A stretch of 64,000 nucleotides of DNA, from NCBI GenBank assembly GCA_964016885.1, contig OZ024740.1, forward strand, positions 84,506,001 to 84,570,000, given 5' to 3'. Numbering within the stretch: position 1 is the stretch's first letter; each line of letters starts with the position of its first letter. This document shows positions 1 to 11,212 of this stretch, one piece after another. Both the position numbers and the translations under genes were made by a program. Below the pieces are notes generated by a model. It ran no database searches. It had not been told where the DNA came from and saw only the letters and a program-made list of their open reading frames with translations. The DNA is from Eledone cirrhosa (Eukaryota).

Positions 1-67
1 ATATTATTTATTCGTAATTATGTTTTGCATTTGTGTGTATATATTATATTTATTTTATGTTAATAAT

Positions 68-488
68 GCCAGGCCAGGGATTTCTGGAAGTTATCCATTG
101 ACCCCGGCCCGAAAGTTATCCCGAAAAGATTGGCTAGTTGATTTTCGTCGATGACACCCAGAGTCCCCCAAGGACGTCGTCGCTCTTTCCTTTCACTAAC
201 CCTCTATAGAATGCCAACGTGGAGTTTACACCGATCGCATCGCCCAAGTGGTCGAGGGCTGTGAGCGCCTTTTCGAGAGGGAGCTGGGGAAGTAAATGTC
301 TAGCAAACGGCGACCACACCTGATCACCACCGAGGAAGAGGTGAAGATGCCGTAGCTTGAGCGCATGGCTGCGCATCATTAGCTACGGCATGCCCAGCCC
401 TCCACGTAGCGGGTGTTGACAGCAGATGGATGGATCTGTCTGGAATGGCGCAGGTCTGTGCCTCTCCCACCAGACCACAGATGACAAG
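68..488 (-). mobile_element. Internally deleted fragment of the L1/Tx1-like LINE ORF2 (same family as 57732-63420)
   Basis: Colinear similarity to 58468-58891 and 59724-59784; translates LVGEAQTCAIPDRSIH and FLGGDQVWSPFARH. Confidence 0.9.
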
Positions 489-1199
489 TTTTGATACCAA
501 GCAATTTTCTAGCACATTTGCGACTGTTTTGAGTATATTGTTACATTTGCCTGATTCGCTCCGCTTTCTACATGCTCATTTTCCATATCTACTCTACTTA
601 CCAGTTCCAGCTTACTCTTTTTGCTCAACTCCTCCAATTCCAGCTTGCTTATCCCTCCATTAGTTCTTATTAAGCGAGTCTAGCCCGTTGGTTTTTGTTC
701 ACTTTGTGTAAAATAGACCAATATCGTTCCAGATGTTATGCATTCGTTTCCTATAATCTTTCTTAGTGAGATCAATTTTTCAGATAATATTTCATTACAA
801 CTTTATTCGTTTCCTTCATCCAGTTAGCTCATGCTTCTTTCATTCTTCTACCTTCAACATCAGCAGTATTTGGATGACAACCATATACTTACCGCTGGAC
901 CAGGGTGAACTCTCCGGGTGAGAATCATTCACATAAAGTTCTAGCCTACATTTCACCATTATTTGAACTATTTAGGTTCGACATTTAAGCACTCGTAAAG
1001 AGGGCTTGTGAATTTAAGGTTGCACTAACACCAGTGTTTTAACGTGACACAATCATATGATTAGGGCAATTTATGTGACACTTATTATCATAATTACCAT
1101 TAAACATCTTTAAGCCGCCTTTACGGCATTCTTAATTTGAGCCTTGTGTGGTTAATGGTGAAATTATTATTATCATTTTTAACATTATTATTATTTTAT

Positions 1200-1312
1200 C
1201 CAACCGTGGTTAACTTTGCCTTTCGTCCTTACGGCGTCAATAAAATAAAGCACCAGTAATACACTGGGATAATTGCTGGCCCTGTGCCTAAAGTAGAAAC
1301 AATTATTATTAT
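1200..1312 (+). mobile_element. tRNA-derived SINE, 5'-truncated
   Basis: Shares GCCTTTC(A/G)TCCTTACGG..TC(G/A)ATAAAATAAAG.ACCAG core and ATT tail with other copies in the window. Confidence 0.85.
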
Positions 1313-1569
1313 TGTGAATAATTTCTCAACACAATTGCATGCTACCTAAGGTTTCTATCATTGGTCATAGAAACGCTATAACCCGTAGTGTTGGTTATTT
1401 ATCATTTATAATAATATTGCTCTAAATTTGACATGGGGTGCTACTTTTCTTTATCTAATCTAAGCAAACCCTTGATACTACATCACATATATATATATGT
1501 ATATATCTATATATACATATAAATATACACATGTATATATATATATATATACATATAAATATACATATA

Positions 1570-1822
1570 TATATGAATGTATATATAATGTATTTTGCAA
1601 TAGACTTTATGCTTAATTAAAAGCATTTTGAAGACCGTATGCTATTGTTTTAGAGTAGTGACAAACTTGTCACTACTCTAAAACAAACTTTGTCACTACT
1701 CTAAAACAATAGCATACGGTCTTCAAAATGCTTTTAATTAAGCATAAAGTGCATTGCAAAATACATTATATATACATTCATATATATATTGCTATTTCAG
1801 AGCTCCAATTCTAATTTTTACA
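1570..1822. repeat. Fold-back (~95 bp inverted repeat plus short unique tail) between (TA)n tracts; probable truncated PLE insertion
   Basis: 1570-1665 is the reverse complement of ~1690-1785. Confidence 0.75.
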
Positions 1823-1869
1823 TATATATATATATACATATAAATATGCATATATATACATATATATAC

Positions 1870-1900
<31 letters not shown>

Positions 1901-2713
1901 CAAGCAAAGTATAAACGTAAACATGTAAGTATGTTTTTGAAACGGTGCGCGAGTTTGAAATTAGAAATTAAAAATTATAAGCTTTCACCGTATTTTAGAC
2001 TAAAGAAATTTCTAGCCTGATAGTGGGGTTTATAACCCTCGGAGAAATGGGAAAAGATGAGTGTTGCCGTACATGGGAGTCGAACCCACATCTTTGGTTA
2101 TCCAGACCACTGTGCTACCATTACTCCAATACATATCCCGTCTCCTTCAATTCGAATTAGAAGCTATGAACTTAGCAAGTGAATGATAAACAAGCAAATT
2201 ATAAACGTAAACATGTAAGTATGCTTTTGAAACGGTGCGCGATTTGAAATTAGAAATTAGAATTTATAAGCTTTCACCGTATTTTAGACTAAAGAAATTT
2301 CTAGCCTGATAGTGGGGTTTAAAACCCTCGGAGAAATGGAAAAAGATGAGGGTTCTAAACCCCACTATCAGGCTAGAAATTTCTTTAGTCTAAAATACGG
2401 TGAAAGCTTATAATTTCTAATTTCTAATTTCAAACTCGCGCACCGTTTCAAAAACATACATGTTTACGTTTATAATTTGCTTGTTTATCATTCACTTACT
2501 AAGTTCATAGCTTCTAATTCGAATGGAAGGAGACGGGATGTGTAATGGTGTAATGGTAGCACAGTGGTCTGATTAACCAAAGATGTGGGTTCGACTCCCA
2601 TGTACAGCAACACTCATCTTTTTCCATTTCTCCGAGGGTTATAAACCCCACTAACAGGCTAGAAATTTCTTTAGTCTAAAATACGGTGAAAGCTTATAAT
2701 TTCTAATTTCTAA
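1901..2713. mobile_element. 290-bp tandem unit (1.5 copies) followed by an inverted copy, containing a tRNA-like module
   Basis: 1901-2050 repeats at 2191-2350; 2351-2713 is inverted; (TA)n on both sides. Confidence 0.8.
2537..2609 (+). pseudogene. tRNA-like cloverleaf / Pol III A and B boxes inside the repeat unit (second copy 2065-2137, minus)
   Basis: A box TGGTGTAATGG 2546-2556, B box GGTTCGACTCC 2588-2598, T arm GTGGG/CCCAT, anticodon arm TGGT/ACCA; anticodon loops differ between copies and acceptor stem is weak. Confidence 0.7.
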
Positions 2714-2754
2714 TATATATATATATACATATATATATATACATATAAATATGC

Positions 2755-2804
<50 letters not shown>

Positions 2805-3189
2805 CGGCCGCCGACCTCTGCTTGACCGACCCCATTTCACGCGCATGCGCGCTCTTCTGAATACCTCAGATATTCAAAACAACGAACAGCGGAGGACACG
2901 TTTCGCACTTTTCCGACAGACAATTGTTTGCATCCGTAAGGGAAGTATTTAGACTGTCGGAGAAATGGGCCAATGCTGGCTGTCAAATTATTTTCCTGAA
3001 ACGTGCCTAAAAAACGATGTCATCCCCAACACCATCAGGAAGCCTACGTACACCATCTTTCCAAAACACCACTAACCGCATACATCGCACATGTATTAAA
3101 CAGATCCCAGACACCTCAACCGCCAATTACACATCCATAAGCGGACACTCTCAGAGCGGACACATCGGCTGTCAATAGCACCCGGAGAT

Positions 3190-5455
3190 TTGCTCTTGAA
3201 AATCTCTAAAGCAATCGACCAGTGCTACCACTTCAGATTCCAATACGAGAAAAAACGGCTCAAGCGGAAATATGAGTGGATCTTGTCTAAACTCCACAAC
3301 GAGAACATCGACACTAACAAACAGACGGACCAGAACCATGTGGAAAACAACAACGTAACAACCGCCACCGCCGCATCCACCAACACCGAGCCACACCTCA
3401 ACGATGCGACGCACCTGGTCACCGACCTAACCGGCACTCTCACGAGCGATGAGCTGAAACTCCTATACCTCGGACCCAAGTTCATCGTCTCACAACGACT
3501 CGACGACAGACTCAAACTCGACATCGAGGCCAACTTTTGTCGAGCGGCTTACCAACTTAAATGGGTGACCGCCATCAACAGCGCCACAGAAAATAACAGC
3601 GCCCACGCAACCCACCCCAAGTTCCCCACTTACCACCCCGATAACCCACTCCAACCCCCACCCACCAACCACGAACTCGACACTAAACTCATCAGGCTAA
3701 AACACTCCATCTCGGATTTACTTCACAAACACACACACACGCACAACACACAACCTCACCAAATCTCAACTCACGACTCTCTCCAACCTAAAATCGAAGA
3801 ACCTCATCTATCTGCCCTCCGACAAGGGAAAAGAATTCTGCGTCACCCTGGCCCTCCAACACCTTGGCGATGACAACCTCTACTCCAAGGTCACGGAAAT
3901 CACTCCCGCGCAGATAGAGGAGGACATCAACGCCTCCTGGACCAACATCTGCGACCGGCGGAAGCTCCCGAAGAAGCTGAGATACAACCTCCTCACGAGC
4001 AACAGCAGACTACCCGCCTTCTACCACCTCGTGAAAACACACAAACAGGGACCCGACCTGAAGATCAGGCCCATTGTATCGAGCGTGGAAGGACCACTCT
4101 ACAAAATTTCATGGCTCCTAGCCAGAATACTCAAACCCATCTTAGACACCTTGCCGCGACACGTTAACAGCTCCGAGGAGGTGTTGAAGCGCCTGCATCA
4201 AATGGATCCCGACACCAGAAAGGATAACAGATATGCCTTCAGCCTTGATGTAGTCGCTCTCTACACCTTGGTCCCGGCACTCCCAGCCATTAATATACTG
4301 ATGGAACGCGTCCAATCCACCGACCTACACTGCTTTGGGCTCACCACCACTGACATTCACCAACTTCTATCCATCGTCATCGACAACACCTACTTCGGAT
4401 TCCTTAACCAAACATACCAGCAAACCTCGGGACTGCCCATGGGCTCAAGCCTATCGGGTGTGCTAGCGATCTCTTACATGGACAGCCTCGAGCGCAAGGC
4501 ACTCAACGCCTGCCACCCCAACGCCGTCGCCTTTTTCTCAAGGTACGTGGATGATATCCTCATCCTCACATCTTCCCAAGACATGGCGAACAGAATCTAT
4601 GAGACGTTCAACAACACGGACGAGAACATTGACTTCAGTGTTGAACACCCCAACGACGACGGGTCACTTGCCCCCCTCAACTTCCGAATCAACATCACGG
4701 AACAGGGAGGGATCCACTGCAACTTCTACCGAAAGGCAGCCTGCAGAGACCTGTTCGTCCACTACAAGTCCGTCCTCCCTAACAGTGCCAAAAGAGGATA
4801 CATCACGAACGAGATCGCGCGAATCAAAAACAGATGCAGTGATCCAGCGAGTGGTGTCACTCATACCAAGCGATTCCTCGAGGTGCTGGAGACGAACGGG
4901 TACACTACCTCGCTCACAGACAGAGTAGGAGACACCAGACACAAGAGACAGAGAGGCACCCAAGGCAAGTGCTTCCTTAAAATGCCACACCTGGGCGAGA
5001 ATACCACCAACGCTATCCGCAAGGCTATACGGAGGGAGGGCCTCGACATCCACCTGGCCCACTCGGGCCCCTCCCTGCCAAGATACCTCTCCAGGAAACC
5101 CGGGAAATCAACTGACGCGTGCTCCCTCAGAGACTGCCCGATGCGCCATGCGAACTGTTGCCTACGCACATACGTCGTGTATAAGATAAAATGTAACAAG
5201 TACAACCAATACTATATAGGTAGCACAATCCGACCGTTGCACATCCGGATCAAGGAGCACACTAACACCAGGGCCTCGTCTTTCCGGAAACACATAGCCA
5301 AATGCGGAAACAAAGACGGAAGGCCCATTGTCACAATTCTAGCGACAGACAAAAACCTCGGCACATTACGTATCAAGGAAGCACTTTGGATCAAACGCCT
5401 AGGGCCACAATTAAACAACCGATCCGAGAGAAGCGAAATGAGGTGGCTGGTTTAA
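3190..5455 (+). pseudogene. PLE reverse transcriptase + GIY-YIG endonuclease, frameshifted near 3730-3870; 4031-5455 open
   Basis: Motifs LGPKF, RPIVS, SLDVVALYT, GLPMGSSLS, RYVDD, YRK, VVY...YYIGST.RPLHIRIKEH. Confidence 0.92.
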
Positions 5456-5875
5456 GTTAACAAACGATGCAGCAACACACGCACACACACACACAAGCGA
5501 GACAACTACACACGCACACACGCACACACACACACACAGTAGCATTCCACCATACGAACATACTACACTGCCAATACAGAGGAACAAGGCAACAACACAC
5601 GCACACACACACACTCAAGCGAGACAACAACACACGCACATACACACACAGTAACATTCACCAAACAGGCAGAGAATACTATGCACTGACAGCTAGCGCC
5701 ACGCCACCCCACTCCCACAATTGAAAGAACTCTTTCGGCCACCGACCTCTGCTTGACCGACCCCATTTCACGCGCGCGCGCGCTCTGCTGAATACCTCAG
5801 ATATTCAAAACAACGAACAGCGGAGGACACGTTTCGCACCTTTCCGACAGAAAACCTCCCCCCCCCCGGAAAAAA

Positions 5876-5911
5876 CCCCAGTTGATGGATGTGAATCCGA
5901 AATATATAGGG
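5876..5911 (+). ncRNA. Degenerate minimal hammerhead ribozyme (core CAGUUGA)
   Basis: CCC-CAGTTGA-T-GGAT/gtga/ATCC-GAAA-TATA-TA-GGG in the 3' pLTR position; two core deviations. Confidence 0.5.
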
Positions 5912-6128
5912 ACGATTAAATCTCTCCCAAGATAACTCTATCTCGTGTTATTATTTTTATTTTTATCCTTTACGCTCTTTCCTACATTCTTCTACACGCT
6001 ACAGTCTTCTACACGCCACACATCTCAACGTACACCCACTTACATCTCTCTCTCCACCACCGGATCTTGTTACCCGTAGATTTACACATCTGCATTGTCG
6101 AGGCTTCCAAACGACTTAAAGAAATTTA

Positions 6129-6160
<32 letters not shown>

Positions 6161-6163
<3 letters not shown>

Positions 6164-6660
6164 TTTATCCCGGGTTCAATCGGGGGTAACTACAGTAAGT
6201 AAGGTACTCAATACAAAGCAGAGTATAAATGTTTAAGGAGAGGCACTCCAATTTGAACTTGTTTATAGAATTCTTTCTGCCTTTGTCACTCTAAATACAG
6301 CTTTAAAGAATTAGCTTTTAAAGAATTCCCTTTTCACTAAACCCATCTTGTAGACACCTGACATATAGGCATCGTTAGCTTTAGAGAAACTTAAAAGTAA
6401 GGGGTGGCACCCCAATTTGAACTTGTTTATAGAATTCTTTCTGCCTTTGTCACTCTAAATATATATTTAAAGAATTAGCTTTTAAAGATTTCAGTTTTCT
6501 TTAAACCCATCAACCAATGACCTCCACCCATCGTAATCCCCACCCTCTCCTACCACCAGAAAAGATATAAATACCACCATATTTACTTGGACAGTCAGCT
6601 ACCTGATGATTTCTCACGAATGAAACAGTTCTAGTCCTGTAGAAGCTTTTCTATATTAAA
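6161..6660. mobile_element. Non-coding PLE pLTR remnant (minus-strand tail plus plus-strand CCAAT/TATA/hammerhead)
   Basis: 6161-6228 is the reverse complement of the tail at 45301-45364; internal direct repeat ~6235-6347/6398-6511; CCAAT ~6514, TATAAATA ~6566. Confidence 0.7.
6597..6647 (+). ncRNA. Type I hammerhead ribozyme
   Basis: AGCTAC-CTGATGA-short stem II-GAAACAG-loop-CTGTA-GAAGCT. Confidence 0.7.
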
Positions 6661-6679
6661 TATATATATATATATATAT

Positions 6680-6970
6680 GACCAAGGATTAGTATGGTTC
6701 GTTGATTACTCAATGAATATAATTTTACAATAGATTAGAAGCACTCAACAGTTATTTTTCCTGGAGTTTTTAATATTATTCAAAATATTAACAAATGAAA
6801 AATATTTTCATAATCAAAATATATACTTTATTATATATATTTCAAAGGTACTGTGTTGTTTTTTCAGTACGACCTCATCATATTTTGTCTGATGAGGACT
6901 TACTGAAAAAATAACACAGTACCTTTGAAATATATAATAAAGTATATATTTTTCATTTGTTAATATTTTG

Positions 6971-6976
<6 letters not shown>
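6680..6976. mobile_element. Fold-back pLTR remnant (family of 22036-22230 and 51755-52052)
   Basis: Inverted repeat ~6775-6880/6890-6976; shared TATTTTRT-CTGANGA motif and TTGAGTGCT tail. Confidence 0.8.
6881..6944 (+). ncRNA. Type I hammerhead ribozyme, palindromic stem III
   Basis: TATTTTGT-CTGATGA-stem II (TACTG/CAGTA)-GAAA-TATA-TA-ATAAAGTA. Confidence 0.75.
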
Positions 6977-7025
<49 letters not shown>

Positions 7026-7208
7026 TAAATCTACCAATCAATGGTAGGGTCTAAACCGTATGAAGAACTCAATGTAATCCGTATGTAGAAGATGTCGTGA
7101 AGCAAAGTTTAAAATACAGAAATTTCAACGATATAATTTATTGGATACAGAGCCAAAAATAGAAATATTAAAACAATGAAATTAAACAAAAAACGGTTAA
7201 TTCATAGT

Positions 7209-7356
7209 AAAACTCATTATTTTACGATCGTTTCTGGGGGTAGTTCCCCGTATGTCCATTCAATTATTGATCTATGTAAAATATATTACAAAATATCATA
7301 GTAATAAAAAATACATACGTCTTCACTACCCGCCGTCTTCAGAAATAATGAGTTTT
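7209..7356 (-). ncRNA. Hammerhead ribozyme with 14-bp stem I and ~100-nt stem II
   Basis: AAAACTCATTATTT-CTGAAGA...GAAA-CGATCG-TA-AAATAATGAGTTTT. Confidence 0.85.
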
Positions 7357-8689
7357 GTTTATTGAAGAATACAAAAAAACATACATATGAATAAGTAACG
7401 TTTTATAACCAGGTTGGGGTTGACCAATAGTAAAGAAAAGGAAGGGGCAGTATAGAACCTTAAGTTGGTTGTAGTAGATGAATAAATAAGCAGGGGATGA
7501 AGTATCAAATGACTTTTAAGAAAAGAAATGAAAGTTGCTAGTGTAAATGAATTTAGACATATTGTATATAAAAGTGTTGATGGTCAAAGAAGATTACGGT
7601 TGGAGGAAAAGGGGTACTGAGATTAGTGTGTTACACCAAGTAGAATGGTATAGAACAATATTAAAATGTTAGTTATTTCTTTGTTGTGAGGAATAATTTG
7701 TTCTAAAAATATATAATATACTATGAAAACAAATGGAAGTAAAATTTAGATATAATATAGATAAGATATTATATAAAGTTTGTGTAAGTATTGCATCGTG
7801 TTAGAGTGGTTAGAATGAAGTTTTCCCTGTGGGGAATTATATTTTCGAATAAGAATCTACATTTATAATCTGTTTTTTTTTTGTTTTTTTAAAGAAGGTT
7901 TAAATGGATATCAGTTGAAAATGTTAGATTATAGAAAATAATATAATGTATAGTGCTAAATTATAGTTAATTACTTTAAAAGTTATAGGGATGAGATATA
8001 GGATTTAATCCATGGATTAATTCTAATAGCAGAAAATATATATATATATATATATATATACACACGCATATATATACACATATATATATACACACATACA
8101 TACACACATATACATGCACACACACATACTATATACACACACACATATACATGTACACATACATGTACACACACATGTATATATATAGGCATACACTTAT
8201 GCATACACATACATATACACACACACATACTTATTCACACACACATACTCACACGTTTTTTCTCCTATATCATCTTCTATATTTGTTTAGTTGTATTTAT
8301 AATATTTCAATGTCCTAATTTTATGGTTACATACTATAATCAATTCTTGTTTTTTATTTAATAGAGTGTCCTTCGATTTAGTAATTTCAAAATTTTCTTG
8401 GGAACACAGTCCACACTCCCTTCTATTGCCCTGATAAGAAATAGTTCTCTTAAGAATCTTCCAAGTTAGGTTATATTTAATATTCCTCTTTTTACAATTA
8501 TTAACTGCTTCTGCTAAAGAAGTGGTATTAGCCAATTTTGTGTTTCGAAAACTGTGGGGTATGCATAAAATCTCGATTTAAACGGATAAGAAGTGGATCC
8601 AATATAGGATTGATTAGAGTCCTTAGTGGTGATTATACATTTCTATACTATATTATTAATTAAGCAATTAAAGATTAAATTAAAGATTA

Positions 8690-8880
8690 GGGCGGTGGAT
8701 TGGCAGTATCGGTGGAGGGTCGGACGCCATGCTTTCCAGCATAGTTACGTCCCTTTACGATCTGAGTTCAAATCCCGTCGAGGTTGACTTTGCCTTTCAT
8801 CCTTACGGGGTCGATAAAATAAAGTACCAGTAATGCACTGGGTAATTGCTGGCCTTGTGCCTAAAGTAGAAACAATTATT
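8690..8880 (+). mobile_element. Full-length tRNA-derived SINE inserted in the Naiad ORF
   Basis: A box TGGCAGTATCGG, B box GAGTTCAAATCC, conserved core; ATTATTAATTAAGCAATT duplicated at ~8652 and ~8875. Confidence 0.9.
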
Positions 8881-9301
8881 AATTAAGCAATTTCCATTTA
8901 AGGGGCAATTATCTTTTATTCTACAATTACAACCGTTTGCATATAGGATTTCAGATGTGCTATCCATATTCTCAATAATAGTGCTAGTATTTGTATTTAC
9001 CTTTTTATTTGGGAGAGAAGGGTTTACGGTAGGGTGGTTGCGGCCTGAATTGTTGTTAGTTGGTGAAATTATACTGGATATAGCGTTTATGAATCATGGT
9101 TGTTTGGGAAGCTATTGGTTAGATTGAGTATGTAATTCTTAGTCCCTATTAAGGATGAGGAAGATGGTAGTTGGTTGTAGGCTGCTGTATTGCGCTGGTG
9201 AGGTGAGTGAGCGGTAACTCTATCTCGTGTTATTATTTTTATTTTTATCGTTTACGCTCTTTCCTACATTCTTCTACACGCTACAGTCTTCTACAATTTA
9301 A

Positions 9302-9392
9302 TTCCTTGTTGGAAATCCAAGTATCGGCCGCCGTGGTTTACCATTCGATTAATTGGTGAAATATATTTCTTTAATGGAATATATACAGGGAA
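9302..9392 (+). ncRNA. Hammerhead, U3-A8 core with additional A6G change (UUGGAAA)
   Basis: Repeat copy of 9873-9963. Confidence 0.6.
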
Positions 9393-9872
9393 GATTAATC
9401 ATATTATAAGGTATCTATTTTTGAAGTTCTACTTAACTTTATTTAGTTACCTACCTAGCTATGTGTGCATACACACTTGTAAAAATTATCCCCTGTGATT
9501 GTTTCATATGTTTATTTATATGTTAATCAATTTCTAGTTGTTATAAAATGCTCGGACCTATTCATTAGAATCTTGGAGCTTATTTTACGGGTGATATGGC
9601 GCATGCCTTTCTGGCATGACACCCATAATTTTGATTTAGATTAAATTCACTTTTATTTATCTTAATTTTGGATATAGATATATAAATACGGCTCCTTAAT
9701 TGTAGAGCTAACTCTGTTGAAAGGACTTGACTGCTGTTTCTAGTTGTCGATAACCCTATTCACGCCACTGGGACGAAGCTGGTATGATGTGTGTATTTTT
9801 AGTAGATACAGCACGTGTTACTGGCCAGTCGCTGATTTGAACTTAATGCGTAAACACGGATGGCTGGACTTC

Positions 9873-9963
9873 TTCCTTGTTGAAAATCCAAGTATCGGCC
9901 TCCGTGGTTTACCATTCGATTAATTGGTGAAATATATTTCTTTAATGGAATATATACAGGGAA
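9873..9963 (+). ncRNA. Hammerhead, U3-A8 core
   Basis: TTCCTTG-TTGAAAA-T-CCAA...TTGG-T-GAA-ATATATTTC/tttaat/GGAATATAT-A-CAGGGAA. Confidence 0.75.
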
Positions 9964-10240
9964 GATTAATCATATTATAAGGTATCTATTTTTGAAGTTC
10001 TACTTAACTTTATTTAGTTACCTACCTAGCTATGTGTGCATACACACTTGTAAAAATTATCCCCTGTGATTGTTTCATATGTTTATTTATATGTTAATCA
10101 ATTTCTAGTTGTTATAAAATACTCGGACCTATTCATTAGAATCTTGGAGCTTATTTTACGGGTGATATGGTGCATGCCTTTCTGGCATGACACCCATAAT
10201 TTTGATTTAGATTAAATTCACTTTGATTTATCTTAATTTT

Positions 10241-10305
<65 letters not shown>

Positions 10306-10997
10306 CACGTGAATGTGAAGTCAAAATTCACAAGGTAAAAGCAGTTAGAGCCCCAAGGATTATAGTTGAAAACTTGCTTTAGTGATGGGGAGATTCTATT
10401 TTGCAATTTCACGGATTGTAGGCATAAATGGTATTCTATTATATTAAGTGAATTGAATTACGAGAAGCACTCAAATACAAGCAAATACCTCGCTAATATA
10501 AAGCACCATGCAATACATTAATGTTTCCATGCTTTACTTTGTTTAATGGCAGAAACAACTGTTTATTTCCTTTCTAGATTTAACATTCAACATATCTAAC
10601 GGCATGACATGATATGATGCATAAATGATTTACTGGCTTTTTTTAAGGAAAACATTAGAAATTTGTTATAAATACCCAGAAAGCATTCGATGAATCTACA
10701 GATGTAGTTGCATATTCAATAAATTCTTGTGAAATATGATGTTTCCCCTTTCGCTATATCTATCCAGTATTGTACAACTACCCATGACGGTAACAGACAA
10801 TTCCTAGAACATAAAGCTAAACTACATCTATTTACAGAACATGCTGTTAAATTTTAAGCGAATTTCTATGAAGGCTATTCTAAACTATATTCACTCTATT
10901 ATATGCATAGTGAAGAGTTAGGAATATTCAACGTGTTCATATGTCTTTAATAGAAGTTTATCTGTACAGAAAATTGACCAAGTGAACAAAATAATGC

Positions 10998-11212
10998 TTT
11001 CTGATTTAGAGGCAAGGCTAGCAATTTGGAGGGAGGAGAAAATCGATTGAATCGACCCCAGTCCGTGACTGATACTTTATTTTGTCTACCCCGTAAGGAC
11101 GATAAGCAAATCTAACCTCGGTGGGATTTGAACTCAGAACGTAATGGGCCATAACTCTATGCGATGAAGCAGGGTTTTCGACGCTCCATCGATACTGCCA
11201 ATCCACCGCCCT
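10998..11212 (-). mobile_element. tRNA-derived SINE
   Basis: Reverse complement of GGCGGTGGATTGGCAGTATCG...GAGTTCAAATCC...core. Confidence 0.85.

Larger units (their letters stand above)
2802..6130 (+). mobile_element. Penelope-like retroelement, near full length, with 119-bp direct repeat 2802-2920/5733-5851
   Basis: RT + GIY-YIG ORF, direct terminal repeat, hammerhead-like motif at 5876-5911, (TA)n at both ends. Confidence 0.92.
7021..9215 (-). mobile_element. Naiad-type PLE remnant (GIY-YIG region, 3'UTR, pLTR), SINE-interrupted
   Basis: Minus-strand CNCRIKDNCPLNGNCLINNIV*KC...SYIGST (8590-8950) and CGLCSQE...VCNH (8287-8535); hammerhead at 7209-7356. Confidence 0.85.
9302..10245 (+). 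mobile_element. ORF-less tandem element, 571-bp unit (1.65 copies), two hammerheads
   Basis: 9302-9673 repeats at 9873-10244; homologous to 49811-50510. Confidence 0.85.

Noticed and set aside
1935-2190. Hammerhead in the 290-bp unit (GAAACGGTG...CACCGTA; CTGATAG + GGGTT/AACCC; CTATGA-ACTT/AAGT-GAAT)
   Set aside because: The pieces could not be assembled into one intact core with stem I.
2537-2609. Functional tRNA gene
   Set aside because: Weak acceptor stem, anticodon loop differs between copies (CTGATTA vs CTGGATA), embedded in a repeat.
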